Shown piece by piece: positions 36,493-49,074 of a stretch of 64,000 nt of DNA (the first letter of the stretch is position 1; the number at the start of each line of letters is the position of its first letter). A model generated the notes under the pieces. That model saw nothing but the letters and a program-made list of their open reading frames with translations. It was not told the origin of the DNA and did not search any database. Position numbers and translations under genes: made by a program. The DNA is from Blepharisma stoltei ATCC 30299 (taxonomy: Eukaryota > Protista > Ciliophora): positions 868,001 to 932,000 of the forward strand of contig CBFDEM010000020.1 of assembly GCA_965603825.1 (NCBI GenBank), given 5' to 3'.

Positions 36493-37254
36493 TTAACGTG
36501 CAGGTTTTCCTTCATTTTTTGGGTTAAAATTGCCTTGGTTTCTGTTTTCACTTACCCTAGGGTATGAGGTCTGAGTTGTGTCTTGATTATTTTGGCTTTG
36601 GACTGGTCTCCTATATCATGGCTCCTCCACAGGCATTTTATCATATGATAGCTCTCCATAAGGTGCCTGAGGGTTATAAGTATCAAAAGGGACTTCTGGA
36701 TGTGTATTTGGTGATGCAAATTGTGATGGAAAATTCGGATTTTTATTATTTGGGAAAAAGTTTTTGTTGTAATTATAATCCACATTATAAGTTCTCTCTT
36801 TTATCTCATTAAATACCTCTGGTTTAGTATTTTGTTGATAGTAAATCTGTGGTTTATTCTTTTGCTCATGATAAATCTGAAGCTCTTTATGCATAGAAAT
36901 CAGCTGTTTTTCATATTTTTCAGCCATTTTGGCACGCAGATCCATCTTCGATTTTCCTCCTCATATTCATAATTCCACCCAATACGTCAGTATAGACGAT
37001 ACTGCATATAGAGCATATTTTCCTTTATTAAATTTTCGCTCATTGGGAAACTTGAAATAATATTTATCAGCATAAACAGTGCCGACCATAGCAAAAGCAC
37101 ACACTCCTAATTGCTTTCAGAAGGTTTTTCTTTCCATTTTTTCAAAGGCTTGATCGAGCTCTTCTTCTTTAATTTTTAATTTTCCGGATCTTTCGTCATC
37201 AACAAAAAAGTCAAGGAGCTTTTTTTTGTACACAGGGTTATTGTGAGGATCCAT
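36493..37254 (-). CDS. Hypothetical two-TM protein with N/Q/P/Y-rich C-terminus (253 aa)
   Basis: Open from MDPHNNPVY to ...KPAR* with four TGA=Trp; two hydrophobic segments, then MAEKYEKQL. Confidence 0.7.
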
Positions 37255-37407
37255 TTATACTGCAGGATATTTATAAGAAAATCATAGGATTAAATGCATT
37301 GATTTAAATAATTTATTAAATTCTTAGAACTATGATAGGAAAAAAGTTAATTCTAATGAATAAAATTTAATTTTTTTATCATTTAGAAGAACCGATTATT
37401 AAGTTAA

Positions 37408-37944
37408 TTAAGATGTTTCATCAGTTTTTGTAGCGATTTCGATTGAGTCTTCTTTGGTTTGCTGGTTTCCTTTGGCTTCTTTTATGAAAGCATTATGCTC
37501 TTCTTTGATATTTTGAAAGGCTAATTCTAGATTAGGGTTATTCTCTCTCAGCTGTTTTTCATATATTTTACCCATTTCTAATTCATAGGCATATCTTTTT
37601 CAAGGTTTTTGCAGTCTATTATTAGCAATAATCGTTGCGCAAATTCCAATCAAAGCACATCGAAATCGTGTTCTAGAATCTAAATTTCGAGGTACGCATA
37701 CAAAAAAATCAAAACAAACTGTTCCTACCACTCCTACAGCGAAAATCAATTTCTGATTCTTAGCATAGTTTTTTAGATAATTATCATATTTCACATCTTC
37801 TTGGTTATTGAATTTTTCAAGCTTATTTTGATATCAGCTTTTTCGAAAAGCTTCTGTAAGTAATCTTTCATAATAATATTTTGTAATTTTCTGGGGTTTT
37901 GCTGCAATGCTCTCAGTATTACTCTCATTGGATTTTTGATCCAT
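37408..37944 (-). CDS. Hypothetical two-TM protein (178 aa), similar layout to the adjacent gene
   Basis: Open from MDQKSNES to ...TDETS* with two TGA=Trp; two hydrophobic segments, then MGKIYEKQL. Confidence 0.68.
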
Positions 37945-37970
37945 ATTATTTATTTAGCGAAAGTATATTT

Positions 37971-39764
37971 ATGAAACAATTTTTAGATCTAAACCCAAAA
38001 TTTCAAGATTTTTTGAATGAAGATTCCTCTGAAGGAAATCACCGTGAAAAAGAAATCTTCCGTGAAACAGAAATTGAACAAGTGACATCTTGGTCTTATG
38101 AAGAAGCCTTCCCTCAATTCGAAGCCATCCCCATCTCAGAAGCTGCAATGCAGACTCACATGTCCAATGAAAAAATTGGGCTTGTCAGAGAATTTCCTTT
38201 TGAAGCTTACTGTGAGCTGAATTTTCGAGGAAAAACTTCTTGAGGAGTCAAAGTCCCACTGACCGACATTTTAAGTTTCAGCTCCAACGTAATTAAAAAG
38301 CCCTTGCTTAAAATGAACTCAAAATACCACAAGTCAGCACGTCAGACCTTTAAAAGTAAAAAATAATTAGACATCCTTTCATACATGAAGGAAAGAAGCT
38401 CTTCAAGACCTTCAATACATCATGCTAATAAACTGCTGAAAATAGGCATGGAGTCGCCGCCTGAAATTTGTGACGAAATTTATTGCCAATTGGTAAAGCA
38501 GACTAATAATAACCCTAAAATAAAGAGCACGCTAAGAGCTTGGACTTTGTTTGGGATATGCTCAGGAGTTTTTGCGCCATCACCGAATTTAAGGCTGCCT
38601 TTGCTTAACCATTTAGTAAAAATAGTAGAAAATGAAAGTCAGGAAATTTCGAGCAAAACTTGCTATTGTATTACGAGACTAGAAAAAATATACCAAAATG
38701 GCTCAAGATTGGTGCATCCAACTGAAATGGAGCTAAAATGCATGAAAGCTATGAGGCCGATCCCTATAAAAGTTTATTTAATGAGTGGCTCATATATTTG
38801 TATGCTTATAGAGTCTTATGATAATTCAAATGATTTAAAATGTGCAGTACTAAGAAGACTCGATATTTCAGTCTCAAAATTTTCTTATTTCGGATTTTAC
38901 GAGTACTGTGAAGCCTCCGAACTAGAAGAAAGATACATAGAAGACTGTGAGCTGATTCTTGATATAATTTCTAAATGGAATGAAAATGAAAACCCAGAAG
39001 CTTTTAAATTGGTTTTAAAAATCAGAGTTTGGTATACACCAGGGCCAAAAGATATAGGATCTCTATGTTTATTACATATTCAAAGCGTATTTGATGTAAT
39101 TTCTTGTAAAATTCCTGTTTCTTTAAAAATTGCATTACTGCTAGGGGCATTAAAGCTGCATATTGATATGGGGAATTCTAAGCAGTTAGATGCATTTTTG
39201 TATCAAAGATTATTTAATTATATTCCAGAAAGACTTATTCATTTACTAGCAAAAGAAGACTGAATAGCGAAATTACTTCAAAAAAGGATGAGTTTTGATA
39301 AGTACTCGAAAATCGAAGCGCAAAGGAAATATCTTGAAGTTTTGAGCTCTGAGCCGCTATATGGGTCAAATATGTTTTATTTGATTTCATATGACCTAAA
39401 TGAAGAAATAACAATGCTTCCGTATGATGTATTATTGGTAATAAATTCAAATGGAGCGATGATTTATACGCGCGACCATAGAGAAGAATTATTAAAATTT
39501 AAATACTCAGAAATAAGCAGCTGGGGGGTGAGTAAAGATATGTTCGCGCTAATAGTAGCTAAAGGTGGAGCACAAACACAATATATGTTTAAAACAGTAT
39601 TAGCAAGAGTTATTAGCTCCCTTATGGAAGCATATGTAAACAAATCACTAGGAAGACCAATAGGCCAGCTGCCTACACAAAACACAAATTTAAGAAAAAT
39701 TGGGCTACAACGAGAACTTATTACAAAATTCCCAAGACTACAAGCAGAATTATTTAAAATGTAA
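37971..39764 (+). CDS. MyTH4-FERM domain protein lacking a motor domain (~592 aa; 15-nt intron 38356-38370)
   Basis: Spliced FK|NILSYMKER, MyTH4 motif CDEIYCQLVKQTNNNP...RAWTL...FAPS, FERM features (EAQRKYL...PLYGSNMF, YSEISSWG). TGA at 38241 and 39261. Start codon uncertain. Confidence 0.85.
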
Positions 39765-39767
39765 AAA

Positions 39768-42212
39768 TTATATAATAAGCGAAGAAGTGTTTACTGTATA
39801 TGCTGTTGTTGATAAAGAATTTAGTGGCGAACTGTGTGCAGACTTAAATCGCGTTTTCTTTAATTTTCGGTCTTTAGAACTTTGAGCGGTCTGTGGGCTT
39901 TGCGGGATATTATTTTTTATTCTTGTTGATAATCTTGAAATTTTTTTCATAAAAGGCTGGGGACTTGTGACAGCTGAAGCTGATTTTTCTAATTTTTGTG
40001 ATGCTCGCTTATGGTAGATTTTTAAGTCTTTTAGCCTTTTATCTAGATTTCTAGCTTCTTGGAAAATCCCTTGGTAACGCATTGTAGGAGAAAGCTGGGG
40101 AAGCCCATTAGACAGGCTTCGCTTTAGTATTTTTTGTGATTTTCCTGGGCTTTTTTTAAGATCTTCTGTTTTTTCTTGATCTGGAGGGGCTTCATAAACT
40201 TTTTCTATCACTCTGTATCTAGAAATAGGCTCAGTGTCTTCAGTGATAAAGATTCTTTGCTTCATTTGATCTTGTGTTTGCTTTTTAAATCTTGGCTCTT
40301 TATAAACTCCTCCTGGCATATTAATTTTTAGATTTTCATAGAATGCATTAATTTTCTTCGGATAGCGCTGTTTATATAAAATCACTATGTCTTTAAATAA
40401 AGTATTTGTGGATGTTTCAGTTGCTGTAAAAAATCTAAGAAAAATAGTAAAAAGTGTCAAAACTTGATTTTTGAAATTTCTATGGATTTCTTCTAACAAA
40501 ATAATGATATTTTTTTCAATATTTTCCCAATAATTTTCAAGATTTTCTTTATTTTTTTCATTTTTCAGATAATTTATTAAATTTTCTTCAGTCAATAATT
40601 GCCTTATAATAGGTATAGAATTCAACAATTCAATGAATTTTTTTGAGTTTTCTTTTTCACTAGGAAATATCCTTAAATAGACCTCATCAATTTCTGCGTT
40701 AGACAAAGGTAAATAAGGTAGCATTTCTTCTTCAAATGTGCTTTCACCATTCTCTTCTTCATGCTTTGAGGTAGCAGTCGATTTCATACTTTCACGAGAT
40801 CGCGCTGCTTCTACACGAGATAGTGGTTTTTGAATAGGCTTTTGTGGCTTAAGCTGCTCAACTATTATTCGCTTTATTGAGCCTTTTCTTAAATTTGGGA
40901 GCTCTATTGACGTATATTCATAAACTTCATTTACATTAGTGCCTAAATCGTTACTGTATTTTTTAATTAGCCCCAAAACTTTGAATGACTGGCTTATATC
41001 GCCAAGTGCTTGATAATAAATTTTCATAATTAAATTATCAATTCCATGGGCTTCTTGAACTGAAAAATTTACTGTAACATCATTAAGACTTGACCTAATA
41101 TCATTATAAGTCATAGGATTTTTAGGTATTTCATTTAAGTCTGTGTCCATTTTTAGCAGTTCTAATTCATTTTTTAATTCCTCACACAAGTTTTCGTCAA
41201 GAATATGCTGGCTTGTAAGCTCAGTAAACATAGTGGATAATGAAATTTCATGAGATTTTAATTCTTTAAAACCTTCGATTATTTTTAATGTATCTTCATC
41301 AGCAATTCCATTCATAAAATTTATATGGTAGCCTTGAGTTTTTAAAATTTCTTCAATTATTTTGAATTTTTCGTGATACGTTTTTAAATTCTGGGCATTC
41401 ATCTTTGATAATTCTTTAATATTAATTTTTTCTTTTACTCCATTTTCTAGCTCATTTATTAAATTGATTTTGGCTTCTTTTTTTGCTTTGTTTTTCATTC
41501 TCGCATAGGTGATTCTTTCTATTAAAGATTGATATTGATTTTCAACTTTTTCTTTTTTTCTCAGCATTAAATCATAAGCTCTTCTATAAGATTCTTTCAT
41601 ATTTTCTCCATCATTTTTGCATTGGATCACTTGCCCTTGTGCTGATGTGAGCTCATTTAAAGCTAAAAACTGAGCATTTTTTATTTCTGTATAATTCGTT
41701 GTAAGTCTTTTGAAAGCATCAGCAGTTTCAACTGACAATTTTTTGCTTTCCCCCATCTCTTTTCTTTTAATTTCTAATTTTGTTTTAAGTCTTTCAGTTT
41801 CAAACAATTCTTCTTCGATTTTTTCATTCATTTCATTAATATCTCCTTTGATTTTTTCAATTTTTTCCAAATAAGCAGAAAAATCAGAATCTCCTCATTG
41901 CGCTTGTTTTAATTCAGATACGAGTGTTGATAAGCAATTTAATTGGATTTCTTTTTGTGTATTTCGTGCTGTGGCTTCATTAAGGGCTTTGAAAAGAGTT
42001 TTTGTTTCTAAATATTGTGAGGTTTTTTGTCTTTGAGAGACAATATGGCTTCCATATTCTTTATTTATAAGGCATTCAGTTGCACTGTATTCGTCTCTTA
42101 GCATTTCACTTAAATTCCCTTTCTCTTCTTGATTCGTCGCGATTTCTGAAACGCTGAAAACTGATTCATTATTTAAATTTATTTCTTCATCTGGTGCTGG
42201 AGGTTTAAGCAT
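39768..42212 (-). CDS. Hypothetical coiled-coil protein (814 aa)
   Basis: Two same-frame ORFs joined by TGA at 41895; E/K-rich heptads and a Ser/Lys-rich tail. Confidence 0.72.
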
Positions 42213-42689
42213 TTTTCTTAATTATTAATATATTTTAAAAGAAATTTTAAAGATGTTTACTAGTTTTCTCAGTAATTATAAATTATTTGCAATCTTTTTT
42301 GCATTAATTATGAAATTCGTAAATAAAAATAAACTTATACTCCGAAAAATATAATGAAAGATTTAATAAAATATATCCGTGGAAAGATGATAACTTTTAT
42401 GATCCGAAACCAATTCTTGTCTCATTAGATTTAAATGGATAAGCTATTGGTAAATCCAGATCCAATGGCTCATTTTCGCCAAATTTGCAATTTTGATCTT
42501 TTTAGAGCTAACAAGCAGGATCAATTTCTCGAAAATAATGTTCCAGAAAGGATATATTTCCTGAGGTTAACTTTAAGTATCAACCGAAAAAATAACGAAG
42601 CTTAAATATTTTATTTCAATTAAACCAAAAAGAACTATTTAATAAATTCCTGATTTCATTTATTCTAAACTTAAAGCCATAGTAAAATA

Positions 42690-43442
42690 ATGGTAGACTA
42701 CAGTTCAATTCCAGATTGGCTGATCGCTATTGTTGCTCAGAAGCCTAAGTTTAACATGCAGTTCACTGAGTACGAAGAAAAGCTCGTCGCGAGTCGCCCA
42801 GATCCCAAGCTTCCAGAGGATCTTCAAAAATTATTTGACAATAACCCTGAAGAGTTCAAAAAAAAGTGCTTGCTGACTTCTTATTCAGGTGTCGACAATT
42901 ATAGAGAAAACTTCGTCATTCGCAAACTCCTTTTACTAGCTTATAAAAAGAATATTTTGCCTGAATTTGGAGCCACCAGTGATGAAAAAGATTTTATCTC
43001 TGCAAGAAGGTGGTACAATTTCTATCATTTCATCTATAATTCTATATTTATAGGTGCATTTGGCTTGCTAAATTTTGCTTATGTCCTTCCCAGATTCTCT
43101 GCAATCGGTCTTCCACTCGCAATTGGCAGCAATGCTTCATTGTATTTGTCTTTAATGTTTCTAAAAGATCCTTTCCTGCACAACTCAAAGATAAAAGCAA
43201 GAATAGCCCAATATAGAGTTGCGGATAAATACAAAGAAATTCTATTGAAATATCACCAAGAAAATCGTCTCTTATATAGATTCCACCCTCGCGCTGTTTT
43301 CCCACCAAACCCTCTAAATAAGGAAGAAAAGCTTTATGACCGAGTCAACTTATTTTGGAAAGCTTTGAATACTGACCCGAGTGATTTGGAGAATCAGCAG
43401 AAGACCTCATTACTTAGATATAAGTCAGAAAAGAATTTATAG
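42690..43442 (+). CDS. Hypothetical two-TM protein (250 aa)
   Basis: Intact ORF ending in TAG; two hydrophobic helices followed by RVADKYKEIL. Confidence 0.72.
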   Translation: MVDYSSIPDWLIAIVAQKPKFNMQFTEYEEKLVASRPDPKLPEDLQKLFDNNPEEFKKKCLLTSYSGVDNYRENFVIRKLLLLAYKKNILPEFGATSDEKDFISARRWYNFYHFIYNSIFIGAFGLLNFAYVLPRFSAIGLPLAIGSNASLYLSLMFLKDPFLHNSKIKARIAQYRVADKYKEILLKYHQENRLLYRFHPRAVFPPNPLNKEEKLYDRVNLFWKALNTDPSDLENQQKTSLLRYKSEKNL

Positions 43443-43488
43443 CTTAATATATAAGCTTCTTTAATTATTGTACGCTTAAAATATGAAT

Positions 43489-43608
43489 TAGGTGCATTTG
43501 GCTGGCTCATATCCTTCCCAGATTTTCTGCAATCGGTCTCCTCGTAATTAGCAGCAATATTTCATTGCTTTTGTACAAATCAAAAATAAAATCAAGAATT
43601 GCTCTAAA
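43489..43608 (+). pseudogene. Degenerate partial copy of 43051-43213 (TM-coding part of the upstream gene)
   Basis: TAGGTGCATTTGGCT..TCCTTCCCAGATT.TCTGCAATCGGTCT..GCAGCAAT..TCAAA.ATAAAA.CAAGAAT matches the upstream CDS with deletions. Confidence 0.8.
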
Positions 43609-44172
43609 TGCTCTATTTATTAACCAAAATTTAAGTAAGCATTATGAGGAGGGTAATTTCTCTAATTGATAAAATTTCAGAATGGCCTAATAATTTAGTA
43701 AAATTAGAGAAATAATTACTGTGAAACTGATTAATTGCATCTGAATTGAATTTGAAGAAAAAGCTCTAGATATCTATAAGCCATAGCTTATAATTACATC
43801 TTTAGTAGTAGCGAATCTGAAGTTAAATATAAATTCTATTAAACGAAGTGATACATGAAGAAAATAGTTAGATTATATTTGAGAGAGAGCAATGTATTTG
43901 TAAGATAGTTATCTCAGCCATGGAGAAATCACCTAGGATTTATTTTCCCCAATTTTGTAGCACCTTTTTTGTTGAGATAGTCATAATTAAGGAGCATCAA
44001 AACCTTCAAAAATAAACACAAAATATTTTAAATATTAGCGAGAAAGGATGGATTGATAATTTAAAGGCAAAATGAGGATATTTGAAGGCTGTAAATTTTA
44101 GGTATTATTATTGCTGTTTTGTTTATATCTAAAATAACACTAATAATGGCTTAAATATCTATTTTTATTCGA

Positions 44173-44190
44173 CACCATTTTGGGGAAATA
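44173..44190 (+). promoter_or_regulatory. Conserved ATG-proximal element CACCATTTTGGGGAAATA (copy 1)
   Basis: Near-identical copies at 46532-46549 and 49761-49779, directly before the paralogous ATGs. Confidence 0.5.
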
Positions 44191-45870
44191 ATGATTAGCA
44201 ATAAGATAATCTTTATAAATCTTGCTGTTCTGGTCATTTTTACAAATGGAAGCTACCCTGATATCAATTCTTCTTTAGATCTGCCTTCAAATTTGTTCTG
44301 GGGTAAAGAAAAGGGAATTAGCTATCTTACGGTATCAAGAAACATAAAAAATCTTGAGTATTGTTCAGGTTCTTGGGCCTTAGCTGCCACTACCGTCCTT
44401 TCTGATCGCTTTAAGGTCCTAAGGAATGCTTCATGGCCTGACTATAGCATTTCTCCACAAGTCGCGCTTAGTTGCATATCAAGTGTCCAAGGCTGCTCTG
44501 AAGAAGGAGACCCAACACTAGTCTACGATTATATTTTAAATAATGGAATTACTGATGAAACTTGCGCAATTTACCAAGCTCGCGATTTTTCAAACGGAGC
44601 CCCTTGTGATAGATTAGCCATATGCAAAACTTGTTTCCCTAATGGAAAATGTGACATTCCTAGTAAATATTATCTTTATAATATCACAGGATATACTGTA
44701 GCTAAAGGTGAAACTCAAATGCTAACTGCTTTACAAAGTGGGCCAATTGCATGTAGACTCAATAGCACAAATGAGTTTGTAGAATACAACTCTATGGATG
44801 ATATACTTGTCCCTACAAAATCTCCAAGTAATGGTACAATTTATGTTTCAATTGTTGGATATGGAATTGATTCTTTTGGCACAAAATACTGGATGGGCAG
44901 AAACTCTTGGGGAACAAGCTGGGGAGATATAGGATTCTTTAATCTAATAAGAGGAACAGACGCTTTAGGGATTGAGGAATATTGTGTTTACCCTACTCCT
45001 AACTTAACAGTTACTGTTGTCACTACTAACAGTCAAGGAATAGAAGAAAGAACATTTATCAATAATTTTGAGCTCCCTAAGTATCTAGAAGAACCAGCTA
45101 ATTCTTTTAGAGCCAAGCAAGCTGAAGATAAAGCTTTAGCTGCTGTTCCTTCAGCATGGGATTGGAGAAATGCAAAAGGTAAAAATTATTTATCATGGGT
45201 CAGAAACCAAAATATTCCTCAATATTGTGAAGCTTCTTGGGCCTTTGCTCCTGCATCTTCTGTCACTGACCGCTTAAATATTTTGCATTTTAATGACACT
45301 TTTCCTCAATTCATTATATCGCCACAAGATATAATTAATAACGGTGTAGGAAATTGCAGCTCTGGAGACGTGTCAGCACTCTATAGAGATTTCTTACAGA
45401 ATGGGTATTCAGACGACACATGCTTGCAGTATGTAGCGGACAATTCAAGCACATTTGACTGTTATAATTGTGTACCGCCAGCACCTCAGGAAGGTAAAAA
45501 CTCATACTGCAGCCCTATTGCGCCTCCTTTCTTATTTAAAGTCAGCAGGTATAAAAACCTTGCTGGGGCGACCAAAATGATGCAAGAAATTTATACGAAT
45601 GGACCAATCACATGTGGAATCTACGCAAGCAAAGGATTTGCTAACTACACTGGAGGAATTTATAGTGAAATTTCAAAAATTTCCACAATAAGCCAATATA
45701 TCTCTCTTGTAGGATGGGGAGTAGACCCTTCAACGAAAATTCAATACTGGATTGGAAGAAATTCTTGGGGAACAGGCTGGGGTGAGTATGGATTTTTCAG
45801 AATGCAAATGTTTAGAGATAACCTTGGGATTGAGACTGATTGCGTGGCTGCAGTTCCGATTTTTGGATAA
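44191..45870 (+). CDS. Double-domain cathepsin Z/X-like (papain C1A) protein 1; both domains lack catalytic Cys and His
   Basis: Two C1A domains (YCSGSWALA...YVSIVGYG...GRNSWG; YCEASWAFA...QYISLVGWG...GRNSWG...NLGIETDC); signal peptide. Confidence 0.9.
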   Translation: MISNKIIFINLAVLVIFTNGSYPDINSSLDLPSNLFWGKEKGISYLTVSRNIKNLEYCSGSWALAATTVLSDRFKVLRNASWPDYSISPQVALSCISSVQGCSEEGDPTLVYDYILNNGITDETCAIYQARDFSNGAPCDRLAICKTCFPNGKCDIPSKYYLYNITGYTVAKGETQMLTALQSGPIACRLNSTNEFVEYNSMDDILVPTKSPSNGTIYVSIVGYGIDSFGTKYWMGRNSWGTSWGDIGFFNLIRGTDALGIEEYCVYPTPNLTVTVVTTNSQGIEERTFINNFELPKYLEEPANSFRAKQAEDKALAAVPSAWDWRNAKGKNYLSWVRNQNIPQYCEASWAFAPASSVTDRLNILHFNDTFPQFIISPQDIINNGVGNCSSGDVSALYRDFLQNGYSDDTCLQYVADNSSTFDCYNCVPPAPQEGKNSYCSPIAPPFLFKVSRYKNLAGATKMMQEIYTNGPITCGIYASKGFANYTGGIYSEISKISTISQYISLVGWGVDPSTKIQYWIGRNSWGTGWGEYGFFRMQMFRDNLGIETDCVAAVPIFG

Positions 45871-46531
45871 ATTAATTAATTTATTCAGTTATATGAAAGT
45901 TTAATTAGCTTGTATTTTTTCATATAGCTCTGTCAAAGTTAATATGCTTAGCCTAAAATTGGTTAAATAAATTAAAAAGAGAAAAAATTAAATAACTGTT
46001 AGAATAAATATTTCAAGCATTCTAATTAGCTATTTAGATATGTAATTTCAAGAAATGGAAATAATTGACTAATATTAGCAAAAAAGAGAAATAATGTCAC
46101 CAAATATGTTAGTCGACACTAAATTGTATTCAAAGAGAATAATTAAAATATCTAGAAGCCGAAATTTTATAATTGAATTCTGAAAATCACTAATGCATAA
46201 AATAATACAATATTTCAAAAGTACAGCTGAAAAAGAAAATATAAATTTATATGCTATTTTCAAGAGTTAAAAATCCTTCAAAGAAGCCAATTAAGCAAGG
46301 AAGCGCTAATTAGCACCTATATTGAAAAAGAAAATTATATTTTAAAAACCCAATGCTCTGGACTCGACTTTAATTGGGTTATTCCTAAGAAAATTCAATT
46401 TAAAAGGTTTAAGCTTGCTTTAAAATAAAAAAAATATTCAAACGTTTGTTTCTTTAAAACCTTTATATTTTCTTGTGTATTTCATAAAGAAAGCTTTTAT
46501 AATAGCCTAAACTCTTATTTTTTAACTGGTG

Positions 46532-46549
46532 ACCATTTTTGGGGAAATA
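46532..46549 (+). promoter_or_regulatory. Conserved ATG-proximal element ACCATTTTTGGGGAAATA (copy 2)
   Basis: See copy 1. Confidence 0.5.
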
Positions 46550-48229
46550 ATGTTTAAAGCTCAGCTAGCCATTTTAACACTTGCTACTTTCTTGACTTTT
46601 GCAAATCAAGGAAATTCTGATTTTACTTCTCAGTCCTTAAGCTTGCCTACAAATTTGTTTTGGGGTAAAGTAAATGGTACCAGCTACCTTACGGTAACAA
46701 GAAACATAAAAAATCTTGAATATTGCTCATCCTCTTGGGCCATGGCCGCCACAACTGTCCTTTCAGACCGCTTCAAGGTCCTTAGGAATGCTTCATGGCC
46801 TGACTTTAACATATCTCCACAAGTAGCACTTAGTTGTATATCAAGTGTCCAAGGCTGCTCTGAAGAAGGAGACCCAGCGCAAGTCTACGATTATATTTTA
46901 AATAATGGAATTACTGAAGAAACTTGCGCAGTTTACCAAGCTCGCGATTTTTCAAATGGAGCCCCTTGTGATAGATTAGCCAGATGCAAGACTTGTTTCC
47001 CTAATGGAAAATGTGACATTCCTAGCAAATATTATGTATACAATATCACTGGATATGCTGTAGCCAAAGGCCAAACACAAATGCTAAACGCTTTACAAAG
47101 TGGGCCTATTGTATGCAGACTGAATAGCACAGATCAGTTTGTGCAGTACAGCTCTAACGATGATATACTTATCCCTACACAATCAGCAAGCAATGGCACC
47201 ATTTATGTATCAATTGTTGGATATGGAGTCGATTCTAAAGGCAATAATTATTGGATCGGCAGAAACTCTTGGGGAATTGGCTGGGGAGATGCAGGATTCT
47301 TTAATATTATAAGAGGAACTGACGCTTTAGGGGTTGAAGAATATTGTGTTTACCCTACTCCTTCTCTAATAGTTACTGTTGTGAACACTAACCAAGGGAT
47401 AGAAGAAAAAACTTTAATCAGTAGTTTCGATCTCCCCAGAATTCAAGAGCCAGCCAAATCTTTCAGAGTAAAACCAGTAGCTGATGAAACTCTAGCTGCC
47501 GTTCCTTCATCCTGGGATTGGAGAAATGTAAAAGGTAAAAATTATTTATCATGGGCTAGAAACCAAAATATCCCACAATACTTGGATGCTTCTTGGGCCT
47601 TTGCAACTGCTTCTTCTGTTACTGACCGTTTAAATATTCTATTTTTTAACGACACTTTTCCACAGTTCATTATATCCCCACAAGACATGATCAATAATGT
47701 TGTAGGAGCATTCGGTTCTGGAGATCTATCCTCACTTTATAAATATTTCCAACAATTTGGGTTTTCAGATGACACATGCCTGCAGTATGTAGCAGAAAAC
47801 CGAAATTCGTTTGACTGCAGCATTTGTGTACCTCCAGCACCCGCTGATGTAAGCGATAATTCATACTGCAGTTCTGCTCCGATCCCTATAACATTTAAAA
47901 TCAGCAGCTACAAAAACCTTGCCGGGGCGACAAAAATGATGCAAGAGATTTATACAAATGGACCAATCACATGTGGAATTTATGCAAGCGCAAAGTTCGC
48001 TAATTACACATCAGGAATTTATAGCGAAATTTCAAAAATTTCCACAATCAGTCAATATGTATCAGTTGTAGGCTGGGGAGTAGATCCATCAACAAACAAT
48101 AAATATTGAATTGGGAGGAATTCTTGGGGCACAGGCTGGGGTGATTATGGATTCTTTTTTATGCAAATGCTTAGAGATAACCTTGGCATTGAAACTGACT
48201 GTACGGCTGCAATCCCAACTTTTAAATAA
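46550..48229 (+). CDS. Double-domain cathepsin Z/X-like protein 2 (559 aa), catalytically degenerate
   Basis: Paralog of 44191..45870. TGA at 48107 lies at the conserved YW(I)GRNSWG Trp. Active-site regions read YCSSSW and YLDASW. Confidence 0.9.
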
Positions 48230-48779
48230 ATTAGTTTATTCACATTAAATAATAGGAGTTTATCTGATTTGAATCATAGCAAAATCGCTAGTATTGAAAA
48301 ACCCATTTAATAAAAAGTAAATATCTATAGACTGGTACCTGGATAGATAAATTACTCTTGCTATTTAAATATATACTCTTCTTTACATTTCTATCCCAAA
48401 AGCTCTTTTATACATATTAGATCAGCATTTAATTGGTTAATACTCATTATAACCCTATTTAAAGGCTTATAGTAGCTCAGAAAATGATAGATTAATATTA
48501 AGTCATAATTTTTTGATAGAATTAAAAGTTTGTAAGTAGGCTCGACTTGCTCAGTAACCCTATATTAAGCAAATATGCAAAAATGATTGGCATAGTAATT
48601 TATTCTAATGGCTATCTGAAACAAATAACTTTACAATTATAGCATTTAAAATGAAAGGTAGCTCAATGATTCTTTAGAATTATGCTCTTATTGCTTTAAT
48701 ATATGAAAATCAAGGCCTAATTATATTTCCATCTTTATAAACTATAAAATATGAGTATATTGCATGCATATATATAATT

Positions 48780-49000
48780 AAAAATATTCGCGAACCACTC
48801 TGGAAGAATTTAGCGAAATTGCAAGGATCTCTAGACTTAATTTGTATATTTTTGTTGTAAATGCGTTTCAGAATCTTAAATATTGATCAGGAAGTAATTA
48901 TTTAGGAATAGGCTGTATGGATATGAATTTTTTAAGATGCAAATGTTTAGAGATAATTATGGAATTCCTGCTGATTGAGCAGCCTAAGCTTTTAAATAAA
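48780..49000 (+). pseudogene. Decayed 3' fragment of a cathepsin Z-like gene
   Basis: TTCGCGAACCACTCTGGA..TAGCGAAATTGCAAGGATCTCT.., AAATATTGATCAGGAAG.. and TTTAAGATGCAAATGTTTAGAGATAAT (FKMQMFRDN) align to the 3' end of the intact paralogs; indels and stops. Confidence 0.7.
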
Positions 49001-49074
49001 TTAGCTATATTATCTAATTTATGAAAGGGCACTTTTACTCGATTTAGTATGTCTATACAAGATTTGGTGATCAA

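Noticed and set aside
42436-42605. Short ORF MDKLLVNPDPMAHF... (~56 aa)
   Set aside because: No motif or other support.
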